A DNA stretch of 64,000 nt from positions 4,960,001-5,024,000 of the forward strand of contig CP075497.1 of NCBI GenBank assembly GCA_021613535.1, written 5' to 3'. Below, in pieces: positions 26,238 to 40,500 of the stretch; the stretch's first letter is position 1; every line of letters starts with the position of its first letter. The position numbers and the translations under genes are program-made. The stretch comes from Adineta vaga (Eukaryota; Animalia; Rotifera). The notes below the pieces were generated by a model, which did no database searches, was not told the DNA's origin, and saw only the letters and a list, made by a program, of their open reading frames with translations.

Positions 26238-28993
26238 AAAACAACAACAACAGACATTTATTCTTCTCTTTCCTTCCTTTTTTTCTCTAAATGTAACGTT
26301 TCGTTTGTTGTTTTTGTCTGAATAAACAAACAATCTTGTCTATGTATATAGGTGATCAGTAGTTATTTGTACATGAACAAGACTACACGGAGAGGTGATG
26401 TCATCAAGTCTGTTGAAATGTCAATGCTTTTTACTAAGCCCATTTGATCGAATACACAAGCGAGTACTTGACGTGATATATGTGTACATATGTTCTCATT
26501 TCTTTCGTCAATTTTTTAATTATGATACGGGCACGTATTGCTTTGCATAGACGAGGATCGATTAATAAGACATTCATTTTTTTCGAGACGATAGAAAAGA
26601 TGAATATAGTATCGACTACGTTTCTTTTCTTTTCTTTCATTCTCAAGAACACATTCAATATAGTTAGATGGACTGACAGTTGAAGTAACGACAATATAAG
26701 ACAGACGACGAAATCATATTTATATCATGTACAGTTCATTTACAATTCAAGAGCTTATCAGTATTTATTCAGAATTGATATGTATAAAAAAACATTCATA
26801 TTAATCAATGACCTTGAGTATAAGGTATTCATGAGACTTGTTTCTTTTCATGATATTATACTATGTATAATTATATTGTACAAAAAAGAGTTTGAGCTGA
26901 ATACACAGAATCGTTAATCTTTTTTTTCTCTTTTACAGAATAACTTCATTCGTTATTCCTTTTCTAGAAAAAATTGACAAGTTGATATGTCTACAATATG
27001 AGTACACTTCATCAAAAACGAGTACACATTCAGTGAAGAAAATAAACGCGGACAAGAAGTTTCACTCTTGATTGATAATTTCAATTTTTCTATTCGTTTT
27101 TTTTTATGATTCTTTTTCCACTTCGCTTGTCCCATCAGCACCGATAATTGGACAATTGGTATTCGTTCTCTTGTCAGCATTGACATTCTCTTCTTAGACA
27201 GACAAGCTAGTTGGTTCGTTCATCGTTGTAAAATCTGAACTTTATTATTAAACTATATATAAAAAATGTGTGCCGGAGGAGAACGATGAAGAAGCCGCAC
27301 GCGCATACACACGTTCACAAAGCCTTTTTCTTTTTTTCTTCACATACACATTCTCTCTCTCTCTCTCTCTCTCTCTCTTCTTTCTACTCTTGCATCTCAC
27401 TCATTTATTCACTCACCTCCAAGTCGTGTGCTTTTCTTTTATTAATATCTGGATCTAAATTCTTTTGTTAGATATGTGCCAAAACTTGAAATAACCTTAC
27501 GGCGTAATTTCTCTTTGATCAAAAAATCTCAATACAACAAAAAGTCAATGTACTTTCATATGGCATACAACTCATTCTTTTTCAAATATTTTCCTTATCA
27601 TTCTCAATGTATCGTCTGGTGATCAAATCAATTTATGTAAGTGATTTTTCTTTTTGAAGTTTTTTTTTTTGTTTATTATAATAACGGATGCAGAAAGCAG
27701 AAAATCTACACACTTAACTTAATCTTTTTTTTTCTTCTCGATGATCAGTACTGGTTGGAGGTTTTTTTCTTATTTTATATGAATACTAATGATGCTCCGG
27801 TGAGCATACAAGTGAGAAGAAAAATTTATTAGATGTCACATTAGAATGTAGAAAAGAGGGAACGTCAAAAAATTAGAAAACGAACGACCTCAAGTAAAGA
27901 AAGAAAGAAAGAAAAGAAAGAAAAACGTAAGTGAAATTTTTTTTTTCTTTCTTTTGTTATGTCAATGCTTGTATGATTTCTACGTTTTATCTGTAAACAA
28001 TGACATAGAACAATAATTATCAAACAATGTAGAAAGATCTGTTCAATGCAATCGAAACGACGTAACAGTGAATAGAAAAAAAGTTGAGAAATAGAGAGTA
28101 TAACATATGCTTACATATTTCAAGTGTATGAAATGATTGCAATGGTGGATTAAATCTAAACCATATGATAACAAGGAAGAGCAACAAAATCGAATGTATC
28201 TATATTGTATGTCGAGATAAAAAGAAGAAGAAAAGTAATTAGGTTAAGGATAAAGAGACAATCATTTGATGTCAAACTTATTGGACAGATTATTTTAGTT
28301 TCGATGGGATTTTTTATTCTTTTTCTTATTCTTTTTTTATGAATAATTAAAGGTCAACATTTTTCTTTTTACAATGATGATAAGAAGGCATCGTCTCTAG
28401 TCATATTGATTCTCTTTTGTATTAATATAAATGTATTGAAGTCATTCATTTATACTTCGATATACTTTTGAAATTCGATCCGTATAGTCAACGATAGACA
28501 GAGAACGCGTGCGCACACAGTTGGATATCTACAATCCATCGTATTTGTGACAAATTCGTTTTGAAAATAGACCCACCGAAATTCGATCTGTCATTTTTCT
28601 TTTCTTAATGTTCAAACGGGCTTCAGGGTAAAACTACTCCAGATGAAAAAATTGCATCACACTTGGATATATATATATATATATATGGGTATGTGTGTTT
28701 TTGATTTGTCAATTCAACTTTATGATTACCTAGCAATTTATATTGAACAACGACTTTTTGATTACATGTGAATGTCTTTGAAATGTGAAGACATTCGAAG
28801 TTGTTTTTTTGATAAATAACATTTTTTTCTAATGTACGGATCATCGACTAGAGATAACCTTCTCTTTTATATCACTTTCTTTCTTACGCAATGGACACAA
28901 ATGTATATTTGTTGAGTTGTAATTGATTTCATTCACATCGTTTTTCTTTTTTACATTTTAGGGATTATCTACTTGTTCGTTCGTCAATAGACG

Positions 28994-30250
28994 ATGAACC
29001 AATTGGAAACAAATTTAGTTCTATGGGCAATATGTTCCATATTAGTATTCGAAATTTTGATTATTATCTGTTTATGTCGATTTTGTTTTAATCGTATCAA
29101 ACCTAAACGATTTTATGTCAAGGTAATTGAATTAAAAAGAAGGGGAGAAAAAGAATCATTTTAGAATTATATGAAATCAAGTATTGATATTTTGTTATTT
29201 TATAGAGAGAAGAATTTGAATATTTACAAGGTGTTGGTGGAACATCTTCACAATTTCAACCAATTATTCTTCGTCCACCTCAAGCCGATGAATTAGCACT
29301 TGTTGGTACAATTCGAGATCCAAATCCTCCTATCAGTTTCGATAATGGAATTCAAAACTTCGGTTATTATCGTGATAATACCGATAATGATATTCTCACA
29401 CAGGTACCACATCCTCCTTCAACATCTCAACATTCAAATTGGATCGAGCTAAGACCAACATTAGCACCACCACACCCTCCAGCATTAACCACAACTAGTA
29501 TATTAAAGACTGCACAGTTGCCAGCAGCTGATTATGAAATTCGCTCCTATCCAACAGATGAATATCTTTACACACATCAATCATCTTCACCTCCTCGTCC
29601 AACTGTCATTGATTTTCGTCAATATCGAGATGACTACAATAATCATGATCATTATTTCAATGGTACCGATGATAATAACAATAATGACGATGATGACGAC
29701 GACGACGATGATGATGATGATGATGACGACGACGACGATAATGATGATGAAGATTTACGAAATATTCACGTTCATTCTTTTCATCCTCCAGAAATGTTTC
29801 TTTCGCATACACAACGAACCGATACATCAACTGAATCACATCCTGGTAATTATTCCACATTATTACCTAGATCTATTCTGAAAGGAAATATTAACGAAAC
29901 ATCACCAGTCGACCTACTTTCTACAACATACTTTCAACCACAACATAGTCGAACATCATCAAATTATGATGAATCACCACGAACTTCAGTTAAAATCAAT
30001 ACAGATGAAGCTATTCCAATCGATTATCCAACTAGTGCAACCGAAAAAACGATTCCAAATGAATCATCTATTTCCATAAATATTCCAACATCATTTTCAT
30101 CGACACCAACTCGAATGCGTTTTGCTAGTGTTAGTCAATTGAACGAAATTGAATGGGAAGTACCACGTGAATTTCAAACTATTGTTTATGATTTAACCGA
30201 TGATCACCAACCACTTCGTGGTGCTTTAATCTATAGTTCGAATGAAAATT

Positions 30251-30286
<36 letters not shown>

Positions 30287-30465
30287 GTACTCGTGAAAGC
30301 CTATCAGTTAGACAGCGAAGTCAATCAGCTAATGTTGACCAAAGACCACATGTATCACGACTATTTGTTCCATGGGATCAAGACAAGCAAACAACACAAT
30401 CTTTTTATTTATCATCTCATCTCGAACAAGGTAATACAACACAACAACAAGCATTTGAATATTAA
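28994..30465 (+). CDS. Hypothetical single-pass membrane protein with long low-complexity tail
   Basis: MNQLETNLVLWAICSILVFEILIIICLCRFCF (TM plus Cys cluster)..FYVK|gtaatt..atag|REEFEYL.. continues in frame into ORF 29518..30465 with poly-Asp and poly-Asn tracts; an in-frame TAG lies two codons before the ATG. Confidence 0.65.
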
Positions 30466-31562
30466 TATTATTTTCAGGGTTAAGTCTGTTTTTTTGCTTC
30501 GTTTTTCTCCTAATCAATTCGTATTTTCATACAGTAGAGAAAAGTTCACCTTCAGATATCAAAAGAATGTCAATATTTGTATGCACTACTTGTTTGTCTC
30601 GACGTGTGATACACATTTTTATCAATTGTAACATTGTGTAACAAACATGAAACTCATACATGGATGAGAATGAATGATCATTGGCTGTATTGATTTTATG
30701 TATACCGTGTCAAATTTCTATTTTTTATTCTTTGTATCAAATCTGACAAATCGTTCATTTTTATTTCTTTTCTCGTTGTGTTTATTCTTATGTGCATGTT
30801 TTAATGACATCATATAAGATATGCCTCGTTTTTTGTTGATCTACTTCTGTCACGCCTTGGCTTTGAAATTCTTTGTTGTTTCTTTTCTTTGTTTTTTTTT
30901 CTCTTAACTAATGATGAGCTCTTGCTGATTTATGGAAAAGCAAAGCAAAGTAACAGTAAATTTAAAACACTGATGCAAAACTGTATGTATACAGTATTAG
31001 ACGAATTGATGATCATGTACACGATTAACTATGCAAATTAGTTTTAATTTAAACATTTACTAAACTATTCAATTTTCAAATGTATCATTGAAATTTTAAA
31101 TGAAATCTTAGATATGTTGGAAGCTCTACAATAATCGACTATGTATTGAAGACATTGATGTATAATGTGTTTTATCTCATTATTTTTTACATAGGATTGT
31201 ATCGAGTAATCTAGAAAATGAACTTCTTGCATGAAGAGAAACATTACAAATCGAATCATGTTTTGAGAGTACACGAAAAATCTGCACTTTAGTCTGATTC
31301 CCACTGATCAGATTAAATGAAATATATATAAATATATCACCTGAAAAAGCGAAATTGAATCATATCAAATCACCATAAATATTACTCATAGATATTTGAA
31401 TCATACAAAGAAGTATTATCTGTTTCGAATTAAGGAATAAAAACAAAAGAACAAAGCAATGAGATTCGTGGTAATGATGTATATATATTCAACTCATATT
31501 ATCCTTTCACCGATAGATCATTACGCCGAATGTTAAGTATAGATATTTGTTGGAAATATTTC

Positions 31563-34500
31563 TTATCGTCGACGTGTTTTGGATTTTGCTTTGGAACGAT
31601 TGATTGCATCAAGGAACTCGTTAGATTTCTTGTCGTTGGACGATTTTGCCGGTGATACTCCGCACATTGAACATTTGCACGATCGAATACGAACAATTTC
31701 TGCTGTTCGTTGTACAGTTGCTCCTGTTGTATTATCACGACAATCAACATTAATAGATTCTGTATAAGTTGAATCCGGTGCACAACAGAAACATTCTTTA
31801 TCAGCCACCGATCCACTGATAGGATCAAGTTCTTCGTATGACGGACAGAAGCCACCACATGAGTCTTGTTGAATTTCTTGTTGTGATATACATTCACCGA
31901 TTGTTACACGCGCAGCAGTCTTTCGCTTTGGTTCACATTGACCCGAAGAAGCTATTAAAAACAAATTCCAAACGAAAACAACCAATGATTACTGAAAAAC
32001 AGGCAAATCTTCTTACATGATGGGGGCGATGTATTGTTTGAAGATGGTAGAGTATATGTTCTTGGCGTCGTTACAGACACTTCCGGTGTTGGTGTTGCTG
32101 GTTCTACACAAGCAATAATCTCGACTGTAACATCTTTTGGTGCTTGACTTTCTGTTGTATGTATAAGACTGATATGAACAGCATTCACTTTCGTACTGAA
32201 ATCCACATTAATTCGTGGACTGTCTTCCAATTTTGAAGTCAACTGTAATGGACCCTTGTCTGCTGGTACAGCTCTGATCGGTTTATCATCTTTGTCCAAA
32301 AACATAACACGAATCTGATCCACATTACTTGTTTTCGGCAAACGAATCGATCGCACGATTGCGGGAGCAACCAATGGAAAAATAATAATGTATCCCTTAT
32401 CAGAAGATGGGAACGAAACACCTTTCGATCCAGGATTGATATCAGTCGGATTATAAGCGCCACTCGGTTTGACAAAGAAACGTGGAGCTGCTGGACTATT
32501 CTCACTAACCGCATCTTCAGGTATAAGAGAAACTTCTTCCCCACAACTTCTCGACGGACTTGTACTCTGTCTTGGAGTAGCACTTGTACCTGGATATGAT
32601 TGACCCAATGTAGATTCTTGCTGAGCAGGTGTTGAGCCTTGTGGTCCGGATGTAGATCCATCTTTGCCAGGTGTTGAACCTTGTGGTCCCGATGTTGATC
32701 CATCTTGACCGCGTGTTGAACCGTCTTGTCCTGTAGTTGATCCTGATTGACCAGGTGTTGAGCCTTGTGGTCCTGATGTAGAACCATCTTGTCCTTGTGT
32801 TGATCCTGATTGACCAGGTGTTGAACCTTGTGGTCCTGATGTTGATCCATCTTGACTGCGTGTTGAGCCTTGTGGTCCCGATGTTGATCCATCTTGACCG
32901 CGTGTTGAACCGTCTTGTCCTTGTGTTGATCCATCTTGACCACGTGTTGAGCCTTGTGGTCCCGATGTTGATCCTGATTGACCAGATGTTGAACCTTGTG
33001 GTCCTAACGTAGAACCGTCTTGACTGCGTGTTGAGCCTTGTGGTCCCGATGTTGATCCATCTTGACCGCGTGTTGAACCGTCTTGTCCTTGTGTTGATCC
33101 ATCTTGACCGCGTGTTGAGCCTTGTGGTCCCGATGTTGATCCATCTTGACCGCGTGTTGAACCGTCTTGTCCTTGTGTTGATCCATCTTGACCACGTGTT
33201 GAGCCTTGTGGTCCCGATGTTGATCCTGATTGACCAGATGTTGAACCTTGTGGTCCTAACGTAGAACCGTCTTGACTGCGTGTTGAGCCTTGTGGTCCCG
33301 ATGTTGATCCATCTTGACCGCGTGTTGAACCGTCTTGTCCTTGTGTTGATCCATCTTGACCGCGTGTTGAGCCTTGTGGTCCCGATGTTGATCCATCTTG
33401 ACCGCGTGTTGAACCGTCTTGTCCTTGTGTTGATCCATCTTGACCACGTGTTGAGCCTTGTGGTCCCGATGTTGATCCTGATTGACCAGATGTTGAACCT
33501 TGTGGTCCTGACGTAGAACCGTCTTGTCCTGGAGTTGATCCTGATTGACCGGGTGTTGAGCCTTGTGGTCCCGATGTTGATGCATCTTGTCCTGGTGTTG
33601 ATCCTGATTGACCAGATGTTGAACCTTGTGGTCCCGATGTTGATCCTGATTGACCAGGTGTTGATCCTTGTGGTCCCGATGTAGAACCGTCTTGTCCTGG
33701 AGTTGATCCTGATTGACCGGGTGTTGAGCCTTGTGGTCCCGATGTTGATGCATCTTGTCCTGGTGTTGATCCTGATTGACCAGATGTTGAACCTTGTGGT
33801 CCCGATGTTGATCCTGATTGACCAGATGTTGAACCTTGTGGTCCTGACGTAGAACCGTCTTGTCCTGGAGTTGATCCTGATTGACCGGGTGTTGAGCCTT
33901 GTGGTCCCGATGTTGATGCATCTTGTCCTGGTGTTGATCCTGATTGACCAGATGTTGAACCTTGTGGTCCCGATGTTGATCCTGATTGACCAGGTGTTGA
34001 ACCTTGTGGTCCTGATGTGGAATCGTCTTGTCCTGTAGTTGATCCTGATTGACCAGGTGTTGAGCCTTGTGATCCCGATGTCGATCCTGATTGACCGGGT
34101 GTTGATCCATCTTGTCCTGGTGTTGAGCCTTGTGGTCCTGAGGTAGATCCATCTTTGCCAGGTGTTGAACCTTGTGGTCCCGATGTTGATCCATCTTGTC
34201 CTTGTGTAGATCCTTGTGGTCCGGATGTAGATCCATCTTTGTCAGGTGTTGAACCTTGTGGTCCCGATGTTGATCCTGATTGACCGGGTGTTGAACCTTG
34301 TGGTCCTGATGTTGATCCATCTTGACTGCGTGTTGAGCCTTGTGGTCCCGATGTTGATCCATCTTGACCGCGTGTTGAACCGTCTTGTCCTTGTGTTGAT
34401 CCATCTTGACCACGTGTTGAGCCTTGTGGTCCCGATGTTGATCCTGATTGACCAGATGTTGAACCTTGTGGTCCTAACGTAGAACCGTCTTGACTGCGTG

Positions 34501-37500
34501 TTGAGCCTTGTGGTCCCGATGTTGATCCATCTTGACCGCGTGTTGAACCGTCTTGTCCTTGTGTTGATCCATCTTGACCGCGTGTTGAGCCTTGTGGTCC
34601 CGATGTTGATCCATCTTGACCGCGTGTTGAACCGTCTTGTCCTTGTGTTGATCCATCTTGACCACGTGTTGAGCCTTGTGGTCCCGATGTTGATCCTGAT
34701 TGACCAGATGTTGAACCTTGTGGTCCTAACGTAGAACCGTCTTGACTGCGTGTTGAGCCTTGTGGTCCCGATGTTGATCCATCTTGACCGCGTGTTGAAC
34801 CGTCTTGTCCTTGTGTTGATCCATCTTGACCGCGTGTTGAGCCTTGTGGTCCCGATGTTGATCCATCTTGACCGCGTGTTGAACCGTCTTGTCCTTGTGT
34901 TGATCCATCTTGACCACGTGTTGAGCCTTGTGGTCCCGATGTTGATCCTGATTGACCAGATGTTGAACCTTGTGGTCCTGACGTAGAACCGTCTTGTCCT
35001 GGAGTTGATCCTGATTGACCGGGTGTTGAGCCTTGTGGTCCCGATGTTGATGCATCTTGTCCTGGTGTTGATCCTGATTGACCAGATGTTGAACCTTGTG
35101 GTCCCGATGTTGATCCTGATTGACCAGGTGTCGATCCTTGTGGTCCTGATGTGGAACCATCTTTTCCTGGTGTTGAGCCTGATTGACCAGGTGTCGATCC
35201 TTGTGGTCCTGATGTTGAGCCATCTTGTCCTGGTGTTGAGCCTGATTGACCAGCTGTCGATCCTTGTGGTCCAGATGTTGATCCTGATTGACCAGATGTT
35301 GAACCTTGTGGTCCTGACGTAGAACCGTCTTGTCCTGGAGTTGATCCTGATTGACCGGGTGTTGAGCCTTGTGGTCCCGATGTTGATGCATCTTGTCCTG
35401 GTGTTGATCCTGATTGACCAGATGTTGAACCTTGTGGTCCCGATGTTGATCCTGATTGACCAGGTGTTGAACCTTGTGGTCCTGATGTGGAATCGTCTTG
35501 TCCTGTAGTTGATCCTGATTGACCAGGTGTTGAGCCTTGTGATCCCGATGTCGATCCTGATTGACCGGGTGTTGATCCATCTTGTCCTGGTGTTGAGCCT
35601 TGTGGTCCTGAGGTAGATCCATCTTTGCCAGGTGTTGAACCTTGTGGTCCCGATGTTGATCCATCTTGTCCTTGTGTAGATCCTTGTGGTCCGGATGTAG
35701 ATCCATCTTTGTCAGGTGTTGAACCTTGTGGTCCCGATGTTGATCCTGATTGACCGGGTGTTGAACCTTGTGGTCCTGATGTTGATCCATCTTGACTGCG
35801 TGTTGAGCCTTGTGGTCCCGATGTTGATCCTGATTGACCAGATGTTGAACCTTGTGGTCCTGATGTTGATCCGGATTGACCAGGTGTTGAGCCTTGTGGT
35901 CCTGATGTAGAACCATCTTGTCCTTGTGTTGATCCTGATTGACCAGGTGTCGATCCTTGTGGTCCCGATGTAGAACCGTCTTGTCCCGGAGTTGATCCTG
36001 ATTGACCAGGTGTTGAGCCTTGTGATCCCGATGTCGATCCTGATTGAACGGGTGTTGATCCATCTTGTCCTCGTGTTGAGCCTTGTGGTCCTGAGGTAGA
36101 TCCATCTTTGCCAGGTGTTGAACCTTGTGGTCCCGATGTTGATCCTGATTGACCAGATGTTGAACCTTGTGGTCCCGATGTTGATCCTGATTGACCGGGT
36201 GTTGAACCTTGTGGTCCTGATGTAGAACCGTCTTGTCCTTGTGTTGATCCTGATTGACCAGGTGTTAAGCCTTGTGGTCCCGATGTTGATCCTGATTGAC
36301 CAGGTGTTGATCCATCTTGTCCTCGTGTTGAGCCATCTTGTCCTGTAGTTGATCCTGATTGACCAGGTGTAGAAGCTTGTGGTCCTGATGTTGATCCTGA
36401 TTGACCAGGTGTTGAGCCTTGTGGTCCCGATGTTGATGCATCTTGTCCTGGTGTTGATCCTGATTGACCAGATGTTGAACCTTGTGGTCCCGATGTTGAT
36501 CCTGATTGACCAGATGTTGAACCTTGTGGTCCTGATGTAGAACCGTCTTGTCCTGGAGTTGATCCTGATTGACCAGGTGTTGAGCCTTGTGATCCCGATG
36601 TCGATCCTGATTGACCGGGTGTTGATCCATCTTGTCCTCGTGTTGAGCCTTGTGGTCCTGAGGTAGATCCATCTTTGCCAGGTGTTGAACCTTTTGGTCC
36701 CGATGTTGATCCTGATTGACCGGGTGTTGAATCTTGTGGTCCTGATGTAGAACCGTCTTGTCCTTGTGTTGATCCTGATTGACCGGGTGTTGAACCTTGT
36801 GGTCCTGGTGTTGATCCATCTTGTCCTTGTGTGGATCCTTGTGGTCCGGATGTAGATCCATCTTTGCCCGGTGTTGAACCTTGTGGTCCCGATGTTGATC
36901 CTGATTGACCAGATGTTGAGCCTTGTGGTCCCGATGTTGATCCTGATTGACCGGGTGTTGATCCATCTTGTCCTCGTGTTGAGCCATCTTGTCCTTGTGT
37001 TGATCCTGATTGACCAGGTGTCGATCCTTGTGGTCCCGATGTTGATCCTGATTGACCGGGTGTTGATCCATCTTGTCCTTGTGTTGATCCTGATTGATCA
37101 GGTGTTGAGCCTTGTGGTCCTGATGTTGATCCATCTTGACCGCGTGTTGAACCATCTTGTCCTTGTGTTGATCCTGATTGACCAGATGTTGAACCTTGTG
37201 GTCCTGATGTTGATCCTGATTGACCAGGTGTTGAGCCTTGTGGTCCTGATGTAGAACCATCTTGTCCTTGTGTTGATCCTGATTGACCAGGTGTCGATCC
37301 TTGTGGTCCCGATGTAGAACCGTCTTGTCCTGGAGTTGATCCTGATTGACCAGGTGTTGAGCCTTGTGATCCCGATGTCGATCCTGATTGACCGGGTGTT
37401 GATCCATCTTGTCCTCGTGTTGAGCCTTGTGGTCCTGAGGTAGATCCATCTTGTCCTTGTGTGGATCCTTGTGGTCCGGATGTAGATCCATCTTTGCCAG

Positions 37501-40500
37501 GTGTTGATCCGAGTGGTCCCGATGTTGATCCTGATTGACCGGGTGTTGAACCTTGTGGTCCTGGTGTTGATCCATCTTGTCCTTGTGTGGATCCTTGTGG
37601 TCCGGATGTAGATCCATCTTTGCCCGGTGTTGAACCTTGTGGTCCCGATGTTGATCCTGATTGACCAGATGTTGAGCCTTGTGGTCCCGATGTTGATCCT
37701 GATTGACCGGGTGTTGATCCATCTTGTCCTCGTGTTGAGCCATCTTGTCCTTGTGTTGATCCTGATTGACCAGGTGTCGATCCTTGTGGTCCCGATGTAG
37801 AGCCGTCTTGTCCTTGTGTTGATCCTGATTGACCAGGTGTCGATCCTTGTGGTCCCGATGTTGATCCTGATTGACCGGGTGTTGATCCATCTTGTCCTTG
37901 TGTTGATCCTGATTGACCAGGTGTTGAGCCTTGTGGTCCTGATGTTGATCCATCTTGACCGCGTGTTGAACCATCTTGTCCTTGTGTTGATCCTGATTGA
38001 CCAGATGTTGAGCCTTGTGGTCCTAATGTTGATCCATCTTGACCGCGTGTTGAACCATCTTGTCCTTGTGTTGATCCTGATTGACCAGATGTTGAGCCTT
38101 GTGGTCCCGATGTTGATCCTGATTGACCGGGTGTTGATCCATCTTGTCCTCGTGTTGAGCCATCTTGTCCTTGTGTTGATCCTGATTGACCAGGTGTTGA
38201 GCCTTGTGGTCCCGATGTTGATGCATCTTGTCCTGGTGTTGATCCTGATTGACCAGATGTTGAACCTTGTGGTCCCGATGTTGATCCTGATTGACCAGAT
38301 GTTGAACCTTGTGGTCCTGATGTTGATCCTGATTCACCAGGTGTTGAGCCTTGTGGTCCTGATGTAGAACCATCTTGTCCTTGTGTTGATCCTGATTGAC
38401 CAGGTGTCGATCCTTGTGGTCCTGATGTGGAACCATCTTGTCCTGGTGTTGAGCCTGATTGACCAGCTGTCGATCCTTGTGGTCCTGATGTGGAACCATC
38501 TTGGCCTGGTGTTGATCCTTGTGGTCCGGATGTAGATCCATCTTTGCCCGGTGTTGAACCTTGTGGTCCCGATGTTGATCCTGATTGACCAGATGTTGAG
38601 CCTTGTGGTCCCGATGTTGATCCTGATTGACCGGGTGTTGATCCATCTTGTCCTCGTGTTGAGCCATCTTGTCCTTGTGTTGATCCTGATTGACCAGGTG
38701 TCGATCCTTGTGGTCCCGATGTAGAGCCGTCTTGTCCTTGTGTTGATCCTGATTGACCAGGTGTCGATCCTTGTGGTCCCGATGTTGATCCTGATTGACC
38801 GGGTGTTGATCCATCTTGTCCTTGTGTTGATCCTGATTGACCAGGTGTTGAGCCTTGTGGTCCTGATGTTGATCCATCTTGACCGCGTGTTGAACCATCT
38901 TGTCCTTGTGTTGATCCTGATTGACCAGATGTTGAGCCTTGTGGTCCTGATGTTGATCCATCTTGACCGCGTGTTGAACCATCTTGTCCTTGTGTTGATC
39001 CTGATTGACCAGGTGTTGAACCTTGTGGTCCTGATGTAGAACCGTCTTGTCCTTGTGTTGATCCTGATTGACCAGGTGTTGAGCCTTGTGGTCCAGGTGT
39101 TGATCCCTGTGAAACTGAGGTAGATCCATTTTGGTTTGGTGTTGAACCTTGTTGGTGATGGGTGGTTCTTGGCTGTCGAGAGGTGGAACCTTCTTCACCG
39201 GTTGTTGTTTTTGGGATAGTTGTAGTGCTACTAGGAGTGCCGGTGGTGAAGCCTACTAAGAGAAATAGGTTTATATTTGGTTGTAGTTGTGTATTGGTAT
39301 ATGTGCATAAGTTTTAATGTTAGTACTCACGGGGACCTGTGGTTGATATTTCGCCTTCGCCACATGCTCGGACAGATAAAGTAACTTTCTTCGGTGTTTT
39401 GTTATCCTTCGTTTTTATTATCGTCAAAACAAAACTGTCGATTTTATCGTTCGGAAAATCTGCTGGATTCAAAGCTTCAGGTGCTCCAATGATAGGTCGG
39501 ATTTGTTCGCCGTTTACTGTAGTAAGATGTATTTCGATTTTTTGGACGTTGTTTGATTTTAGTTTGACGTCACGTATAATGGCACCTCCTTCAGGGAAAT
39601 CAACTACAAGAACTGGGTGTGGTACTCTGAAATTGACACCTTTTTTTATTAAATCTTTTGTATTGAGTTGATCATTAGGATTTTGAAGGATTGCATCGTC
39701 CGCCACGAGATTCTCAATCAATTCGATTTCATTACATGATGGTTTTGGAGTGAGTGGGTTACCAGTTGATAATGTTCCTTTGACGGGTTTAGTATGTTTA
39801 GGACGTTTCGTACTACGAATATTTTTTGTTGTTTTACCTCTGGTTGTTACGCCTCTTGACCACTACCCGTAGTACCTTGAGTTGTTATATCTGTTATTGA
39901 TGTACCTGGTTTCACTTTAGTTGTTTGAGGTTCACCAGGTGCTTGCGTAATATCAATTCCACCAGAAGTAGTTAATCCATCACCGTTTCTTGTTGTTCCA
40001 TTAACGATAGATTCAGTCGTACCTATAGATAATAAAATAATATTTTTAGATAAATAATCACAGTTCGAAGTAGTAAATGAATCGAATCGATTAGTAGTAG
40101 TTCGAAGGATATTATAATTTACCGATAGAATCAGTTGATTTTTTGGTGCCTGGTGGTGCAGTCGTTGATGCTGATCCATTCGATGGATGTTTAGTTCCAA
40201 CTGGTTGTTTAGTGGGTTTGTCTGTGCCATGGGGGCATGAAGAGTCTGGTTGTTTGACACATTTTAATGGCTCTCGTCTGTTTTGATTTCTATCATAGAA
40301 TTTATTGTGTTTACAAACACAACCTAACAACGAGAATTTTTCTAATGGTTTGAAAGGTTAAGAAAAAAAACTTACCGGCAAGACATTGTCGTTTACAGAT
40401 AGTATTTGATCCTTGTCTATGATCCGATCAGAACATGAATTTAAACATGTGGCCGGACATTCCTCATAGACACTTTCAGCACCACATCGAGGATATATGG

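Noticed and set aside
32600-39140. CRISPR array, collagen, or ice-nucleation protein
   Set aside because: There are no unique spacers or cas genes; Gly periodicity is 7, not 3; GST is shared with ice-nucleation repeats but the AGYGSTxT octamer/16-mer pattern is absent.
32239-39198. Long His/Gln/Asp/Lys-rich ORFs (HQDHK..) and Leu/Val/Ile-rich + strand ORFs in the ORF track
   Set aside because: These are shadow frames of the 21-nt repeat and are broken by stops. Only the xGxxGST frame is continuous with the flanking splice sites and domains.
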